A stretch of DNA of 63,797 nucleotides, counting the filler, from Neolecta irregularis DAH-3 (taxonomy: Eukaryota): the NCBI GenBank assembly GCA_001929475.1. It is 9 parts of 9 records of this genome, joined end to end, with 100 filler letters (N's around TTAATTAATTAA, not from the genome) between each part and the next. Parts side by side here need not be neighbours in the genome. Positions count along the whole stretch, not along the records: positions 26,140 to 28,496 come from LXFE01002937.1; positions 28,597 to 37,251 come from LXFE01000277.1; positions 37,352 to 54,062 come from LXFE01002939.1; 6 more parts are not named here. One strand, given 5' to 3'. The position numbers were made by a program, and so were the translations under genes. Each line of letters begins with the position of its first letter. Positions within the stretch are counted from its first letter, which is position 1. The notes under the pieces are model-generated. The model was given only the letters and a program-made list of their open reading frames with translations, was not told the DNA's origin and made no database searches. Below are positions 26,040 to 39,903 of this stretch, one piece after another.

Positions 26040-26139
26040 NNNNNNNNNNNNNNNNNNNNNNNNNNNNNNNNNNNNNNNNNNNNTTAATTAATTAANNNNN
26101 NNNNNNNNNNNNNNNNNNNNNNNNNNNNNNNNNNNNNNN

Positions 26140-27986
26140 GCAGTCACCGCCGCCGCGCTGGAAGGCGAGCTGCGCGCCGTGGCGGCCGATCTGGCGCGGT
26201 CGATCCGGCGCGAGATGGATCTCGAAGACCTGGTCGCGCAGCTGCAGGACGACGTCGACCTCGCCCTGCGCGGCGGCAAGCCCCACAAGCGCCAGTACCG
26301 CACGAGCGACTACTTCTCCGATGCAGGCTTCGGCTCCCCCGGCAGCAGACCGTCCCTCGAAGACAGGCAGGCCCAGCTCGAGCGCCGCGTCCGCGAACTG
26401 GACGTTTCCAGCGAGCACGAAGCGCGGCTGCACGCACCGCCCGACGTCGCCAGGCTGCAAGCTGTGCTCGAGGATGCGAGACGCAAATACGCCGAAGAAC
26501 GCAGTGCGAAGCAGGGCCTCGAGGACATCGTCGCAATGAACAAAGTGCAGCTGGCCGCGCTGCAAGACGAACGCGACCAGCTCCAGCATGACGTCGTTCC
26601 CACTCTGAGAGACCGGCTGGCCGCCCTGCAACAGGCTGCCCAACACCTGCGCATCGAGAAAGACCGGCTGGCCTCTCGTCTCCAATGCGTAATCTTGCTT
26701 CAATATTGTGCTGATGACAGACCGAGCAACAGCTCCAGGCAAAATCAGACCAGTCAAAATCAGACCAGGCCGCGAATCAACAGGATCCTGCTCAATTCCC
26801 AAAGCTCCCCCTCCAAAAATCCCCTGCTCCCCCACTTGACACTGAAAGGATAAAAGAAATAGAAACACAAAGGGACGCTCTTCATCAATCTCTTCGTGCC
26901 CTCCGCGAACGCCAGACCTTTGAATCAAAGAAATCAGCAACTAAAATCCAAGCTTTGGAACGTGAACTTTACACATTACGCCCCTCGTTAGATCGCAGTA
27001 GACCCTTCCACTCGTTAAATTCCAGCCCTCTTCTCCATGACGATACCAAAAGACGACTACACCAGAAATCAAAGTCGCTTCTCGAGAGCTCTATACAAGC
27101 AGACCTGTCAAATCTGAGGAAAGAGAATACTACACTATTGGAAAAAGTTTGCGATTATGATAAACTTGTCAAAGCGAATGAGCAACTCGGAGTATCCCAA
27201 AAGACTCTACAATCTCGAGTATCCGAACTAGAACGACAATCTCAAGACGACTCGGCGCTAGAAAATCTTCGAGTTCAGCACGACCTATCCCTGGTCAAAA
27301 TTGACAAACTGGAAGCATCGCTATCGGCAGCCTTGGGAAGTCGTAATCTTGCTGAATCCCAGCATGTCGATTCTAACCACCTATCGGAACAAAAACGCCT
27401 TCAAGAAGAAAACAGCCTCGCAAAACAGCTTTCTAGCACCATCGTGATAGTCGAAGATTTAGCCGGACAAGTTCGCACTCAACTAGAATCAAACAACTCC
27501 CTTCGAACAAGACTGACCGATGTAATATCTCAAGCAGCTCAAGAAGAATCATACGCAACCCAACGAATCGAACAGCTCGTTTCCGAACGAAAACAGCTAA
27601 AACAATCAATTCAACATGTTCGAAACGAATCAGACGAATCGTTGAAACGGTATGAAACGGAATTAGGTCTCCTCTCTGAACAATACCGCCAAAACCTCCG
27701 TTGCATAAAAGAAACAGCACAAAAAGTCTTTCCAACAACAGAAATTTTAGATCCGCTGTTAAAAACACCAAGACTCCCATGGAATATCAAATCCACCCCG
27801 GAAACAAGTAGAGTCATGGTCCTAGAAGAACAAGTCGCTGAATTAAATCGTATGTTGACCGACACCAGTCTGGAAATGAGAGACGTCATCATGCGTATGC
27901 AGACAGCTCAAATGGAAATCATCGAATTAATGCAGGAACGAGACGACGCAAACAGACAACTAAGAAAATTTGAAACAGACCGCTAA
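26140..27986 (+). CDS. Long coiled-coil protein of unknown family, 5'-partial
   Basis: ORFs 26179 and 26955 join through a 32-nt intron (26689-26720); heptad-rich E/L/Q/R composition throughout. Confidence 0.75.
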
Positions 27987-28596
27987 TTTTCCTTTCCCAC
28001 ATTCTTTTCTTTCTTTCTTTGCGAGTTTGTTCTTTTGGGTTGGTGGATCTGGAATCATCGTTTTAATCACATCTTTTGCTCTTCTTCATTCTTGTCAATT
28101 TTCGGGAAGCAAGTTTTTTCAAAGTAGTAATGTTTGCAATGGACGTAGAATTCGCGGTGTTAAATGACATGTATGGCTCATTGCTTTTATTCCTGGTATA
28201 TTAATCTGCCTTGTTATTCCAAGTCAATCGGAAGAATTGAAGTAATCAATGCAATACAGCAGGATCCACATTTAGTCCCAAAAAGTGAATTCATTGGATA
28301 ATGTCCAGTCATTGCGTTCTCATCATAACAAATTTTGCATTAATCTAACAAAGTTTGTAGTAACGTTAGATTCAAAGCCAGTTGGATTCAAGAGGAATTC
28401 GCAGATCGCAGATTCGACTGTATAAACTCAACACCCTACCCACATTCAAGAAACCACATTACCATATTGAATAAACATGTTTTGTATTGTAGCCAANNNN
28501 NNNNNNNNNNNNNNNNNNNNNNNNNNNNNNNNNNNNNNNNTTAATTAATTAANNNNNNNNNNNNNNNNNNNNNNNNNNNNNNNNNNNNNNNNNNNN

Positions 28597-28945
28597 TGCC
28601 ATGAATACTATGAATCCCACGGATAAGACCGATGCCATGAATACTATGAATCCCACGGATAACACAGATACCATGAATACTCTCAATCGCACTGACACAA
28701 ATGTGAATGTGAATGCGAATATGAATACAAATACAAATATGAATACATGGACGTCTCGACGGGAACGCTGGCTTGAATGCAAAAAGACGATACCGGGCAA
28801 GCCGATGACGGTCAATCCTGAAATGTATCTTCAATTATACGACGCATTGATTAGGGACCGTCGGAAACCGCAGGTACCGATCCGACTAGGGACAGTAGTA
28901 CAAATATTGCAGGCGGGATGGATTAGAGAAGGTGCGGCGAGTTAG
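28597..28945 (+). CDS. DUF4050/Gag1-like clamp domain protein, 5'-partial
   Basis: WTSRRERW...YDALIRDRRKPQVPIRLGTVVQILQAGWIREG pattern after an N/T/M-rich repeat (MNTMNPTD twice). Confidence 0.7.
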
Positions 28946-29014
28946 TGAGTGATTATATTTATATTAGGATTATGGCGGGAGGATTACGTTGCGAGTGGGT
29001 CAGGGTGAAGACAG

Positions 29015-29745
29015 CTATTTGATGTTTAATACTGTGGAATCGCTAGCAACCAAGCGCTGCCTGTGATCTAGTTGAAGCTGTGTCTGTTTGCGCCTCCTGG
29101 AGGTCGATGAGTGAGCCCACTCTACCTTTTCGAGCATGAAGCTCATGCCGTCGTGGGGAACGGCCCAGGACCTGGATCTGATCGCATTGCGGGTGCAGCC
29201 TGCGTACCGTTTGAGCGGGGGCAGGATTCTGAGGGTGCAGAGGGCGTCTGCCCAGGGATGCGGGAGGTGGCCCGAGTGCTGCAGCACTGGCGTCAGCGCG
29301 CGGGGGGAAGCAGGGGAAGCGTACCGGCGACGAGATCGGAGTCGTCGGTGTAGATGTCTGTGCCCCAGAGGGCGCGGGCGGGGATGCGCGGGTTGCACGG
29401 GATGAGGCGCGCGGGGATGTGGACCGCGATGGTTGCGTTAGGGCGCGGGGCGCAGCGCGGCAGCAGGGGCGCGTAGCTGATGGTGCCCAGGTGGACGCGG
29501 GGCAGATGGCTGACAGAGGCAAGCACCGCGTCGTTGAGCACGACCAGGCGCGGTCTGCGCGGGGGCGGCGCATGGTGGTGGTGCTTGTGGTGGTGGTGGT
29601 GCTGGGCGGCGGGGTAGCCGTTGGGGCAGCGGTAGTGCGGCGGCGGGGCAGAGGCCGCGCGGGCGGGCGACGCGGCAGAGACATCGCCCAGGATGCTCAT
29701 GATGGAGATGCCCGGGCGGATGGGGTGGTCTACGTGGGGTGACAT
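29015..29745 (-). CDS. RXT3: Rpd3L histone deacetylase complex subunit Rxt3
   Basis: HLGTISY, LWGTDIYTDDSDLVAVLQHSG, ILPPLKRY..RNAIRSRSW..HDGMSF; one intron. Confidence 0.9.
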
Positions 29746-29767
29746 AGTGGGGTGGCAGTCCGTGAGT

Positions 29768-29945
29768 TCAGGGCTGGTAGTGCGGGTGGAGTGGTAGTTC
29801 GTCAGGGCTGGTAGTGCGGGTGGAGTGGTAGTTCGTCAGGGCTGGCAGTGCGGTGGAGTGGCAGTCCGGTGTTCGGGGCTGGTAGAGCGGTGGAGTGGTA
29901 GTCCGGTGTTCAGGGCTGGTAGTGCGGGTGGAGTGGCAGTCCGTG
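29768..29945. repeat. G-rich ~34-nt minisatellite (about 5 copies) in the RXT3/BTN1 divergent intergenic region
   Basis: GGGCTGGTAGTGCGGGTGGAGTGGTAGTTCGTCA and variants repeated; a second repeat (GCACCCGC.GTATGCAGGCCCGGTAGTACAGGGTAGT) follows at about 30005-30110. Confidence 0.85.
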
Positions 29946-30142
29946 GGTTGAGGGCGACCGGCAGTAGACGACCGGTAGTACAGGGCAGTGCCCGCAGGAC
30001 CGCGAGCACCCGCAGTATGCAGGCCCGGTAGTACAGGGTAGTGCCCGCAGGCCCGTGAGCACCCGCGGTATGCAGGCCCGGTAGTACAGGGTAGTACAGG
30101 GTAGTGCCGTGCGTACCCCCAGACGGAACAGTACTTAACCCC

Positions 30143-31481
30143 ATGCTCGCCCGCCGCCTGTCTTCACTCCGCGCCTTCCGCCTCTCTTCCCTCCGCGCCC
30201 TCGCACTCTCCCCTGCCACCACTGCCTTTCTCATCTTTGGCCTCATCAACAACATCCTCTATGTGGTCATCCTCTCTGCCGCGGCCGATCTCGCCGGCCA
30301 TGCCCTGCCCAAAAGCACAATCCTCCTCGCAGACATCCTCCCCGCCCTGCTCGTCAAACTGTCCGCCCCCTCCTTCTTCCACCTCTGCTCCTACAGGTGC
30401 TGCCCCCGCCATCCACTGCTGACGCAGACTGCGCATATACACCCTCGTCGCCCTCGCTGTTCTTGGCATCCATATCGTCGCCTCCGGGCAGTCCCTCCCC
30501 GTGAAACTCGCAGGTATTTTGCCTCCTCGCCCTTCTGACGCCCCCAGGCATCGTCCTCGCCTCCATCTCGTCAGGCATCGGCGAAGTCTCCTTCCTCCAA
30601 CTGTGCCACTTTTACCCAGACTCCGCCCTCGCTGGCTGGGGCGCCGGCACCGGTCTCGCTGGATTGCTCGGCGCATACACCTATCTCGTCCTCACAACCT
30701 TTGCCGAACTATCCATCCCGCACACCCTGCGGCTGCTAAGCGTACCGCCCTTGTTAATTGTTCCAACAATAGATCCTCCCGGGCTTCATCCTCCTCGCCT
30801 TTTGCTTCATCCTCCCTCATGCGAGCTACCACAAACTTCCATCAGAGCTAGAATCCACCATATCCAACCCTTCCTCCCTTTTCTCAAAAATACGCCCACT
30901 AGTAGTCCCTTTCATGATCCCCCTCTTTCTCGTCTACTTTTCAGAATACACAATAAACCAGGGAGTGTACGTCTTTTCTCTTCAGCTCTAACAAAAAGCG
31001 ACCCAGTCCTTCTTTTCCCTCTAGACAAAATGCCTTTTACCTCCTACCGCGACGCCGTACGCTTCTATTTTATTCATACTGACTCTAGTATCCAACATAC
31101 CAAACAATCTACCAACTAGGCGTACTAATCTCCAGATCATCAATCCTCTACTTCAAACTCCAAAAATTATACATACCTTCCCTCCTCCAATTCCTGACTC
31201 TATCCCTATTAGTAACACACGCATTAACACAATTCATCCCCTCAATCTGGATAATTTTCTTCATCACATTTTGGGAAGGTTTGCTAGGCGGTTTGACATA
31301 CGTAAACGCCCTTCAAAAGGTCCTCGATACTGTTCCACTACATCAGAGAGAATTTAGCGTGGGAACAGTGGTTATTGGAGATGGCTTGGGTATTGTTTTT
31401 GCCGGCCTTTTTTCATTGTGGTTGGAACCGGCGCTTTGTAATTGGCAGGTCGAAAGGGGAATACTCTTTTGTTTGTATTGA
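30143..31481 (+). CDS. BTN1: Battenin/CLN3 family vacuolar protein
   Basis: [84 protein letters not shown]; 5 introns of 31-34 nt. Confidence 0.95.
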
Positions 31482-31583
31482 TCGAGAGAAATTATAATCG
31501 AAGGAATTATAGAATCATCAACAGGATAAAAAATTAATCCATCATCTCATCTCGGGAATTAATCCATCATCTCATCTCGGGAA

Positions 31584-33369
31584 TTATTCCATCATACTCA
31601 TCTCCTCAGAGAGCTCGTACATTTCCCCTTCATCCTCCTGCTTATAAACTGATTCATCCAAAATATCATCAACTTGAACCCTTTCCTTGAGGATTCGTCC
31701 AACTAACCATCGATACTTGAAATGACCCTCTAAAAGGTCACTCACATCAATATTTTCAACCCCCTTGTCCATCGGAATCGCTTGAAGTCCAGCGACTCCC
31801 AACTGAATATTCGCAGTTCGATACAAAAATCCAAGTAAAAAGTCATTCGTGCTAAACACGTTGACTAATCTTCCAGAGACTACAGATCGCATCATTTGCC
31901 ATTCAAAAGGCCGACAAGGACACGGCGTTCCTAATAAATATGCATTCTCCACTAGATATGAGCTCCTTCATCACAGAGAAATACCCAATCCATATGCATT
32001 TCTTTCCGCAAGCGATAATAAACAACTGTAAATTACTCGCGCGCCCAAACTGAATCCGACAAGCGTAACGGGACGATTTCCTTGCGATTTATTAATAATC
32101 ACATCAGCAAGCACTCTGCCAGCTTTATTAGCGCGAATAAACGCAATTCGCCATGGATTATCTAAAATGTTGGCAACTTTGAGTAATGCAATTGGCCAAA
32201 AAGCAGTCATTAGACTCGCCAAAACCGTTCGTCTGAGTATTTCTGCTTTGGCATAGGTGATTGCTGTATATATAGCCAATCCCGCAAACGCATTGCCCAG
32301 TTCAACAAGTGCATCAACTTCCTCAAGATATCAGTCAAACATACTACATCACATACCCATCTCAACGCATATTGATCGCCTTCATCCGAAAATATTCTCC
32401 AAGGACGAACAACTTCCTCTTCATCAGTCAACCAACCAGTAATTCCAATAGTAACATGAAGTCGCGAATTCACTTGCAGCGACTCAAATTGGAAATCATC
32501 AATCTCTGCAGTATACCTAGCGATATTCCCACCCATCATTTTCGCTCCATACCCGCCAAATAATCCACCCACTAGTGTCGAACTCGCTGCCATCGTACCC
32601 AAAAGTCCAGCAACCATACTCGAACCTAATCCGATTCCACCAAATACAGCGCCAATTCCAGCAGCAACCAACGGCGCAGCAAGACCTCTTCCATTAACTT
32701 GTACTACAATGAAATAACATACCCCGTTACACCAGCAATTACTCCCCCAGCCAACGAAGCCAGTCCAATTTTCACCCCGCGAGAAAGTCGACTAGACTCC
32801 TGCGCTCTCTTTTGACTTGACCCATCTGAAGTTAATAGAGTAGCTTCAATCAACGCCTCCGCAACTTCATTCTCCAAAACTACAAACCGCGTGATTCCAT
32901 ATCGGAGGGAAATAATCTTTAATATACCACGCGTTCGCGAATCGTACGTTTCGAGCGAAAGCAACAATAACAATAAACTTTTCACAACTCCTCGCGAGTC
33001 AACATTATCTTTCAAATCTGATTCAGATTTATCGTCGAGGATTAGTCCTAGTGTTTTCAAAATTGATACCGCCCATTTATCGAAACTTTCCGTCGTCTCA
33101 TTTCTAGTATCATGTAACCGAGTATTTTCAAACAACTTGGCTTGACTTGAGCTTTTTTCTATTTCTCCCTAAAATTAATAAGAGAGGAGGGAGAAAGTAC
33201 GGGCGGTATTTCTTGGAGTGAATCATATAAATCGTCTCGAAGGGTTTGTATAGCTTGGGAAATAAGTACAATCAACTCTGCTTTCTAATCTTCAAGTCGG
33301 ATCAACGGAGAATGGTACCTGATCGTCAGTAACAAATGAATTTAAATCTAGAGTTTCGTTCTTGGCCAT
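31584..33369 (-). CDS. TMCO4/DUF726 family membrane protein
   Basis: YDSRTR, AGVTGGLAAP, IGITGWL, LDNPW, GNRPVTLVGFSLGARVI, VVSGRLVNVFSTNDFLL; 5 introns. Confidence 0.92.
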
Positions 33370-33464
33370 TTAATTAAAAGTATACATTTCACGTCGTCGT
33401 TTGAAAAAAACAATACAAGTAATATTACGTCATCCTCACATGTCCAAAATCCACAGACTAGTTT

Positions 33465-35327
33465 TCAAATCAAAAAAGTATTTTCAGTAGAATCGTTTCC
33501 AGATGCTCTTGTCCCCGAATTTCCACAGACTATTTTTGAAAGAATTTCATCGATATAAGTAGCTCCACTCCACTTTTGATGAGTCAAGACATCGCAGCCT
33601 AATTCTCGTTCTTGGTTCTGGATTAGGTTGACATAAGCTAGCATTCCTTGGGTTTTAAATTCTCGGGATAGGTGGCAGGTTATTGCCGCGTTACAATGTA
33701 ATCCAGCAAGTGAAATCAACTGGAGTACAAATCTAGATATTTAATTAATTTCTATTTTTTGAAAAGGTAAAATATACCCAGACCGCGCCAAATCCCAAAC
33801 AAAACTCTTCAAAGTTTCATCTATATGTTACCTTGTTCAGTATGGGATATACCGGTGAACCCGTGTGCCGACCAGTTGAAGCTCGGACTAAGGTTATAAA
33901 CAAGATATTTCTCAGGGAAAGCGTCTGTGAGGATTTTAGCAAATGATTGTGCTTGAATTAGGTCCGGTTTCTTTGTTTCAAGCCAGAGCATATCGGCAAA
34001 CGGCGCAAAAGCCAGTGTCCGTTTAACGGCCGACTGTATAGTTTAGTTGTTGGTCTAAATGAAAAAGATACATCGATCCCGCCTTGATATTGATAATACC
34101 CCTCCCGAGTCCGTGGGGCTGGTTATTAACATGAGGATAGAGAGTGTTATACCGTCCCAGTCCCATATTACTTCACGACCTAGAATTCCCCTAGCAAGGC
34201 TCCGTGCTTCCTGATTCGAAAGTCCCTTGACCAAATATTTAAACTCTTCAATTTTATTTATACTAATATCCGCGTTGTGCATTTCATCGATAGCAGCTTG
34301 ACTAAAAGTCAAAAGTTTGTTAGAAGCCAACCAGGCCGCTTCCTCGCTGTCAACTCTTTCCGGATGAGATCGTTCGATATCATATAAAGTCTCGGCTAAT
34401 CCTTTACCATTCGTCGTGATCCCCAAGATGAATTCGTGGTCGCGAACGTCAATGTTGCTACTAATCAAGCGCGCACTTTCACTGTCCGTGCGCGCAATCA
34501 ACAACATTTCACTTCCAAGTATATCGCATTGCATTCGAGCGGCGTTTAATCTATTTATATGTTCAGAAAATGGGACAAGGACTTTTCCAGCTTGATGTCC
34601 ACATTTCTTGCCGCCATGGAGTTGATCTTCAATATGAATAGCCGAAGTCCCTGCTTCCACAAAGAATTTGACAAGTTTCATGACAGCTGATAATCCACCA
34701 TGTCCGGTATCAGCATCCGCGATGATTGGGAGGAGGTAATCGGTTCTAGGCGAGGAGGTATCGTGCAATGATATACGCTCGTGAGTATGGATTCGATCGC
34801 GGAGAAGAAGTGATTTATGGATTCGATCGACTTGGTTAGGTACCGTTGTATACGCATAATCCGCGAGATCTGGACCAACCTTGGATGTTTAAAACTTTGA
34901 AGTATAAAAATTATACCTCATTATTCGCAGCAAGAACACTGCTACTAGCCCAGCCACTCACATAGCATAGTTCCAAACCTTCTCTGGCCATTTGACTCGC
35001 CTGGACTGGATCAATTGCTCCGATTGTATGTAATGGAGTTCTTTCTTGCTTGTGTTTCTCTAGTAATTTCCATAATTTTCGGGGAAGATAGTTTTGAGTA
35101 TCACTGACAGGAAAAAGTCCACGCTTGCTCGCCACATCGGTTGCTGTATACGGCCTTTTAACAGATTTGTATCTCGGCCCAGAGAACCACTTTGAGATGG
35201 CAGAAATGTTTTCGTCTAGTCGCGATACCTCCTCTTGATTTGACATGTTTCGACGTAAAAGAATCGGACTACGAAAACAAATTTTTCTCAGATTAAACGT
35301 CGATAAACTGGTGATTGATCGAATCAT
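33465..35327 (-). CDS. ICL2: Isocitrate lyase family enzyme, probably mitochondrial 2-methylisocitrate lyase
   Basis: [54 protein letters not shown] (MCL-type rather than ICL WQFITLAG), HQKWSGA; basic S/R/L-rich N-terminal presequence; 5 introns. Confidence 0.85.
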
Positions 35328-35392
35328 GCGTAAGCAACTTTCAGTTTTATTATGTGGGGTAGGTTTTCTTTTATTTAACCCGACTTCATCTC

Positions 35393-36158
35393 ATGAATGA
35401 TATTCCCTTGATCACGACACATCCTTCTCAAAGAACTTCACACTCGCGCAAGGTTTTTGCAAATTTAGCAAGGGGCTCAAATGCGTTTACTCGTCATCAG
35501 CAGTTGATTTCGAACTACCTGTACTACTATGGCGGTTCGATACCTGAACCTCGCCGAGCACGAACCGAACGAGATATTCTCGAAGAGAACCACAAATTCT
35601 TGAGGGAAGATTCTGATGTCGTCGAATCAGATTATGAAAAGAAACTCTCAAAGAATTATTATGATCAGTTATTCAAGGAATTCGCCTTGTGTGATCTTTC
35701 CAAATGGAAAGAGGGTCAGGTAACCTGTTTTTATATCTGATCTAGTTAAAGTATAGTTGGCATTACGTTGGAGAATTCAATCTGAGGTAGTGGAGGGCAA
35801 AGGCCAGTTCATTTGTGGATCACTGAATTGCAATCGGCAAGACCATCTGAGCAGTTATGAAGTCAATTTCGCGTATATCGAGGATGACACGAAGAAGAAT
35901 GTATTAGTCAAAGTACGATTGTGTCGCAAATGCGCAAAGAAACTAGGTAAAGGAAAAAAAGTAAAGGATAAGCTCGATGTTGAAGAAAAGTACAGTCACT
36001 CACTCCAACCTCAAGATACTGCCCAGGGCGATAAACACAACCAAATTTCCGAAGAAAAAGGAAAGAAGAGAAGTCAATCTCCATACTCTAGATCAAATAC
36101 ATCGCCGTCTCAGAAACGTCGCAGCCGAAGCAGAGATCGTAAGAGATTCCATGAATAA
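35393..36158 (+). CDS. FRA10AC1: FRA10AC1 family spliceosomal protein
   Basis: DILEENHKFLR, YYDQLFKEFALCDLS, LALRWR..EVVEGKGQFICG, SYEVNFAY.E...NVLVKVRLC..CAKKL; RS-rich tail; one intron. Confidence 0.92.
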
Positions 36159-37450
36159 ATGATAAGGGGATTTGCAGGTTTGGTTTCAAGGAGTTTAACA
36201 ATAAAATGAAATCATCATATATAATCTTTACAAGACGGATCACTATGAATTGTTCTCAAAGACTTGACTTGTTCTCGTTTGAGATCCATGTGTTGCATAC
36301 GATGACCCTGTTTTTTTTAACCTAGAAAACATCAAAATGTTCCCAAAAAACATGAACGCTGTACTTCGTTCAGGGTTTCTCTTGTTGGACGACAGGTCTA
36401 CGGCATCTTTGTTCCCCATCTGGTTTGCCTTTGAGGCTTCTTTTACCGGCCCATGGAATATATAGTAGCCTGAGTTATTAATTCCGCCAGAACCGAATCC
36501 CTAGCCTGTTCCAATACCGACTATGATTGCGCCAAGCGTTGCGGGAGATCTCAATATGTGTACAAAACTGTTCATGAGATAGAATTGGTTAGAACTGCAA
36601 TCGTACGTCATGCACAAGTCATTTATTATATTGAAGTAGGCGGATAGTTTATACATCAGTTTTTAGTTTCCAGTGAAACTTGGAATTCCGGTGACTAGGC
36701 TACGCTGTTTATATATATATAAGTGCTTGCTCGTATATCTTACCTCTAAGAAGCAGCATTTATATTATTATATGTCGGGACATTGCTTCCATTTCTCGCA
36801 ATTGTCGTTGCAGAGGTCATTGGTATTTAGATAGGAAAAGTATACCGGCCAATAGACGCTCATTATAACTCAACAAGGGGATCAGATTTCTCTATTCTGG
36901 TTATCCGCCGACTCCATTGCTGCCTCGAAATATGTAAGGATATATTTCTAGCCTAAGTGTTGTAATTCAATACAGGACATACCTAGCCTATGTGTTGTAA
37001 CTCAAACCAGGTATAACTATAAACTCCGCTTCTTATTCCACCAACGCCTGATTACTGTATTGGTAAGGTATACTGATTGGGTATATCCTTACACTTTCCC
37101 CTGTTTTATTTCAGTGCCACTCTGCTGCTTCTAACAGGGGACCATCTGTAAGTATTGAAGCCCAGATATGAATAAGACTAGGTTATATTGTTTCTAGCCT
37201 AAGTATTGGCGACTTGGCTAGGTATGAACCGCCTATCTATATTATATACTANNNNNNNNNNNNNNNNNNNNNNNNNNNNNNNNNNNNNNNNNNNNTTAAT
37301 TAATTAANNNNNNNNNNNNNNNNNNNNNNNNNNNNNNNNNNNNNNNNNNNNTTTTATTTTTTGATATAATTTACTTTTGAACTTGACGATATATATTTCT
37401 TCTCAGTTGTCAGGAAAGAAATGGACTGACAGGAATTCAAGTTTGTCTTA

Positions 37451-39903
37451 TCAAGCGGCAACTCTGTGCGCAACAGTTTCACGATCCCAGCATCTGTGAT
37501 CGGACAGCAAATTAGCGAAAACATTAATAACACCCTTGTTCTCCCCGCCACTTCCAAACATAATCTTGAATGCGCTAGCGGCTTCTGTAGTCATATCAAA
37601 CTTTTGACAAGTAACAACGCCTTTGTCAGCAGTAATCTGTTCAGAAGAAGCATCCAAAGCGTAATTCGTAGCAGGTAACTCACAAGCCTGTTGCAAGAAA
37701 GAAACACCCTCTCCAACAGCACAAATCGGCTTCAAATGCATGAATGCCTCTCGAATAAAGTGAACCGCTCTTCCGCTTTCACGGAGAATCAAAATAGCTT
37801 GTATACCACCAGGAACAAAAACACCATCAAACAACGTAGATCGACAAGTGTCAAAGCTGAAATCAGCCGATGGGCATTCTTTCTTGTCGAGGCCTGCTGC
37901 CGCGACGGGCCCGCGAACGGGACCGACAGTAAAGCAATTGGCTCCGGCGGCAGTGAGAGCGGCTTTCATTGCGATTACGTGCATGGCGTTATATCCGCTG
38001 CCAAGGAGGAAAGCGATTCTTCGTCCTTTGATTCCTTCTTCGTTTTTATAGTATGTTTGCGATAAGTATGGTGATACTTTGTTGTGCATCTGTCGTTTTC
38101 CTTTCGCTGGTACCGGAGCGCCGACTTTTGTTGCGACTATTTGTCAGACTGCAAAGATAAGAGCAAGTCACCTTTGCATGCCAGGTCGTAGTTGACTTCA
38201 GCTAATCTTGAAGCCATTCGTTCGTAAACGATTTGGTCATTGCATTTTGCAAGTTCAAAAGACAAGGCATCAGAAAGATGAGCTTGTTCATGAGGAGCTA
38301 GGGAATTGTAGAAAAGCTCAGCTTGGTTATAGTGTTCCTTAAACTTGGGGGCATTGAGCCGTGCCTTGATTCCTTCGACAATAGCCGGAAAATGCTCGTA
38401 ACCTCCTTCTTTTTCGGTAGCAGTTGGCAAAATATCAAAACGGTTGGGTGAGTAATTGATCCGGTCCTTTGTGATTTGGTGTCGCATGAAACCGTCACGT
38501 TGAAAGTTCGTGACTGGGCATATTGGCTTATTGATGGGGAGTTCGGTAAAGTTAAAAGAGTTAAACCGATTCAATTGAGTGTCCTGGTACGAGAAAAGAC
38601 GTCCTTGAAGTAACGGATCATTGGAGAAGTCGATTCCGGGTACGACGTGAGATGTGCAGAATGCAACTTGCTCAGTCTCTGGGAAATATTCGTCCACGTT
38701 TCTGTTCAATTCAATTTCTCCGATATACCGAATTGGAAACTAATTAGTTAGTTTAAGCATACAAGCTTTAGATATACCAGTTCTTCAGGCCAAAGTTTAG
38801 TCGCATCTTCCGGATGAAAATCAAAATCATCTAATTGTGACTCTTTCATTGTCTGAATTCCAAACTTCCACTTTGGATAATTTCCAGACTCAATAGCGCT
38901 ATCTAGAATAATTAATAAAGTTGGCTAAAGGTGCGAGATATACATAAATCCTTTCGGTGGAAATCTGGATCTTGACCGGCGATTTTAAGAGCCTCGTCCC
39001 ATACGAGTGAGGAAAGCCCGCAAATTGGAGTAAAGTGGAATTTAACAAGATTACGTTCTCCGGCTTTGTTGATCATAGCATAAGTGTTTACACCAAAACC
39101 TTGCATGTGTCGTAGACTTCGCGGGATAGCACGGTCAGACATAACCCACATGAGCATGTGAGTAGATTCCGATCGGCTGTAGGCAAAGTCCCAAAAGTTG
39201 TCATGAGCAGTTTGTGCTTGTGGAACTTCAGTGCGTGGTTCAGCTATAACGTTAGGATGTGCTGAAGGAGTGGTCCCTACGTTTTCCGGCATGAATAACG
39301 TCCGGAAATTTGATAGCATCCTGAATGAAGAAGACAGGAATATTGTTACCGACGATATCCTTGATGATAAGCACGAGAAGGAATACTACATTAGACATAC
39401 CCAATTTCCTTCATCTGTATAGAACCGCACAGCGAATCCTCTGACGTCACGAACGGTATCAGCACTACCTCGTGATCCTAGGACTGTCGAGAATCTCAAA
39501 AAGATAGGCGTAGATCGACTAGTATCGTTTAAAACTTTAGCTTTGGTGACGTCATGTGCACTTTCATGAAGTTTAAATACACCATGTGCAGCAACTCCAC
39601 GGGCATGTACGACACGTTCCGGCATACGCTCGTGATCAAAGTGTTGAATCTTCTCTCGTGCGTGAAAGTCCTCGAGCAGTGAAGGACCTTGTTGATCATA
39701 TCCAGCCTTCCTTGTGAGCGGACAGCATAAATACAACAAACCTTGAGCCATTCATCTGTATTTTGAACTTTAACGCCGGTATTCGTAGTAAGATGCCCAT
39801 GATTTCTGGTAGCGTCTACAGTGACTTTGGCAAGCTGTTTGCTTTTGGCATCTGCAGTCACAGATGATAGAGTCTTTTTAATAGCATGAACAGTGGAAGC
39901 CAT
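37451..39903 (-). CDS. Large-subunit heme catalase with C-terminal DJ-1/PfpI-like domain
   Basis: [91 protein letters not shown]; 6 introns. Confidence 0.95.

Noticed and set aside
26092-26940. 282-aa antisense ORF and other overlapping ORFs in GC islands (also 29043-29684, 30164-30676, 54588-55163)
   Set aside because: Shadow frames expected from high GC and stop-codon scarcity; no motifs.
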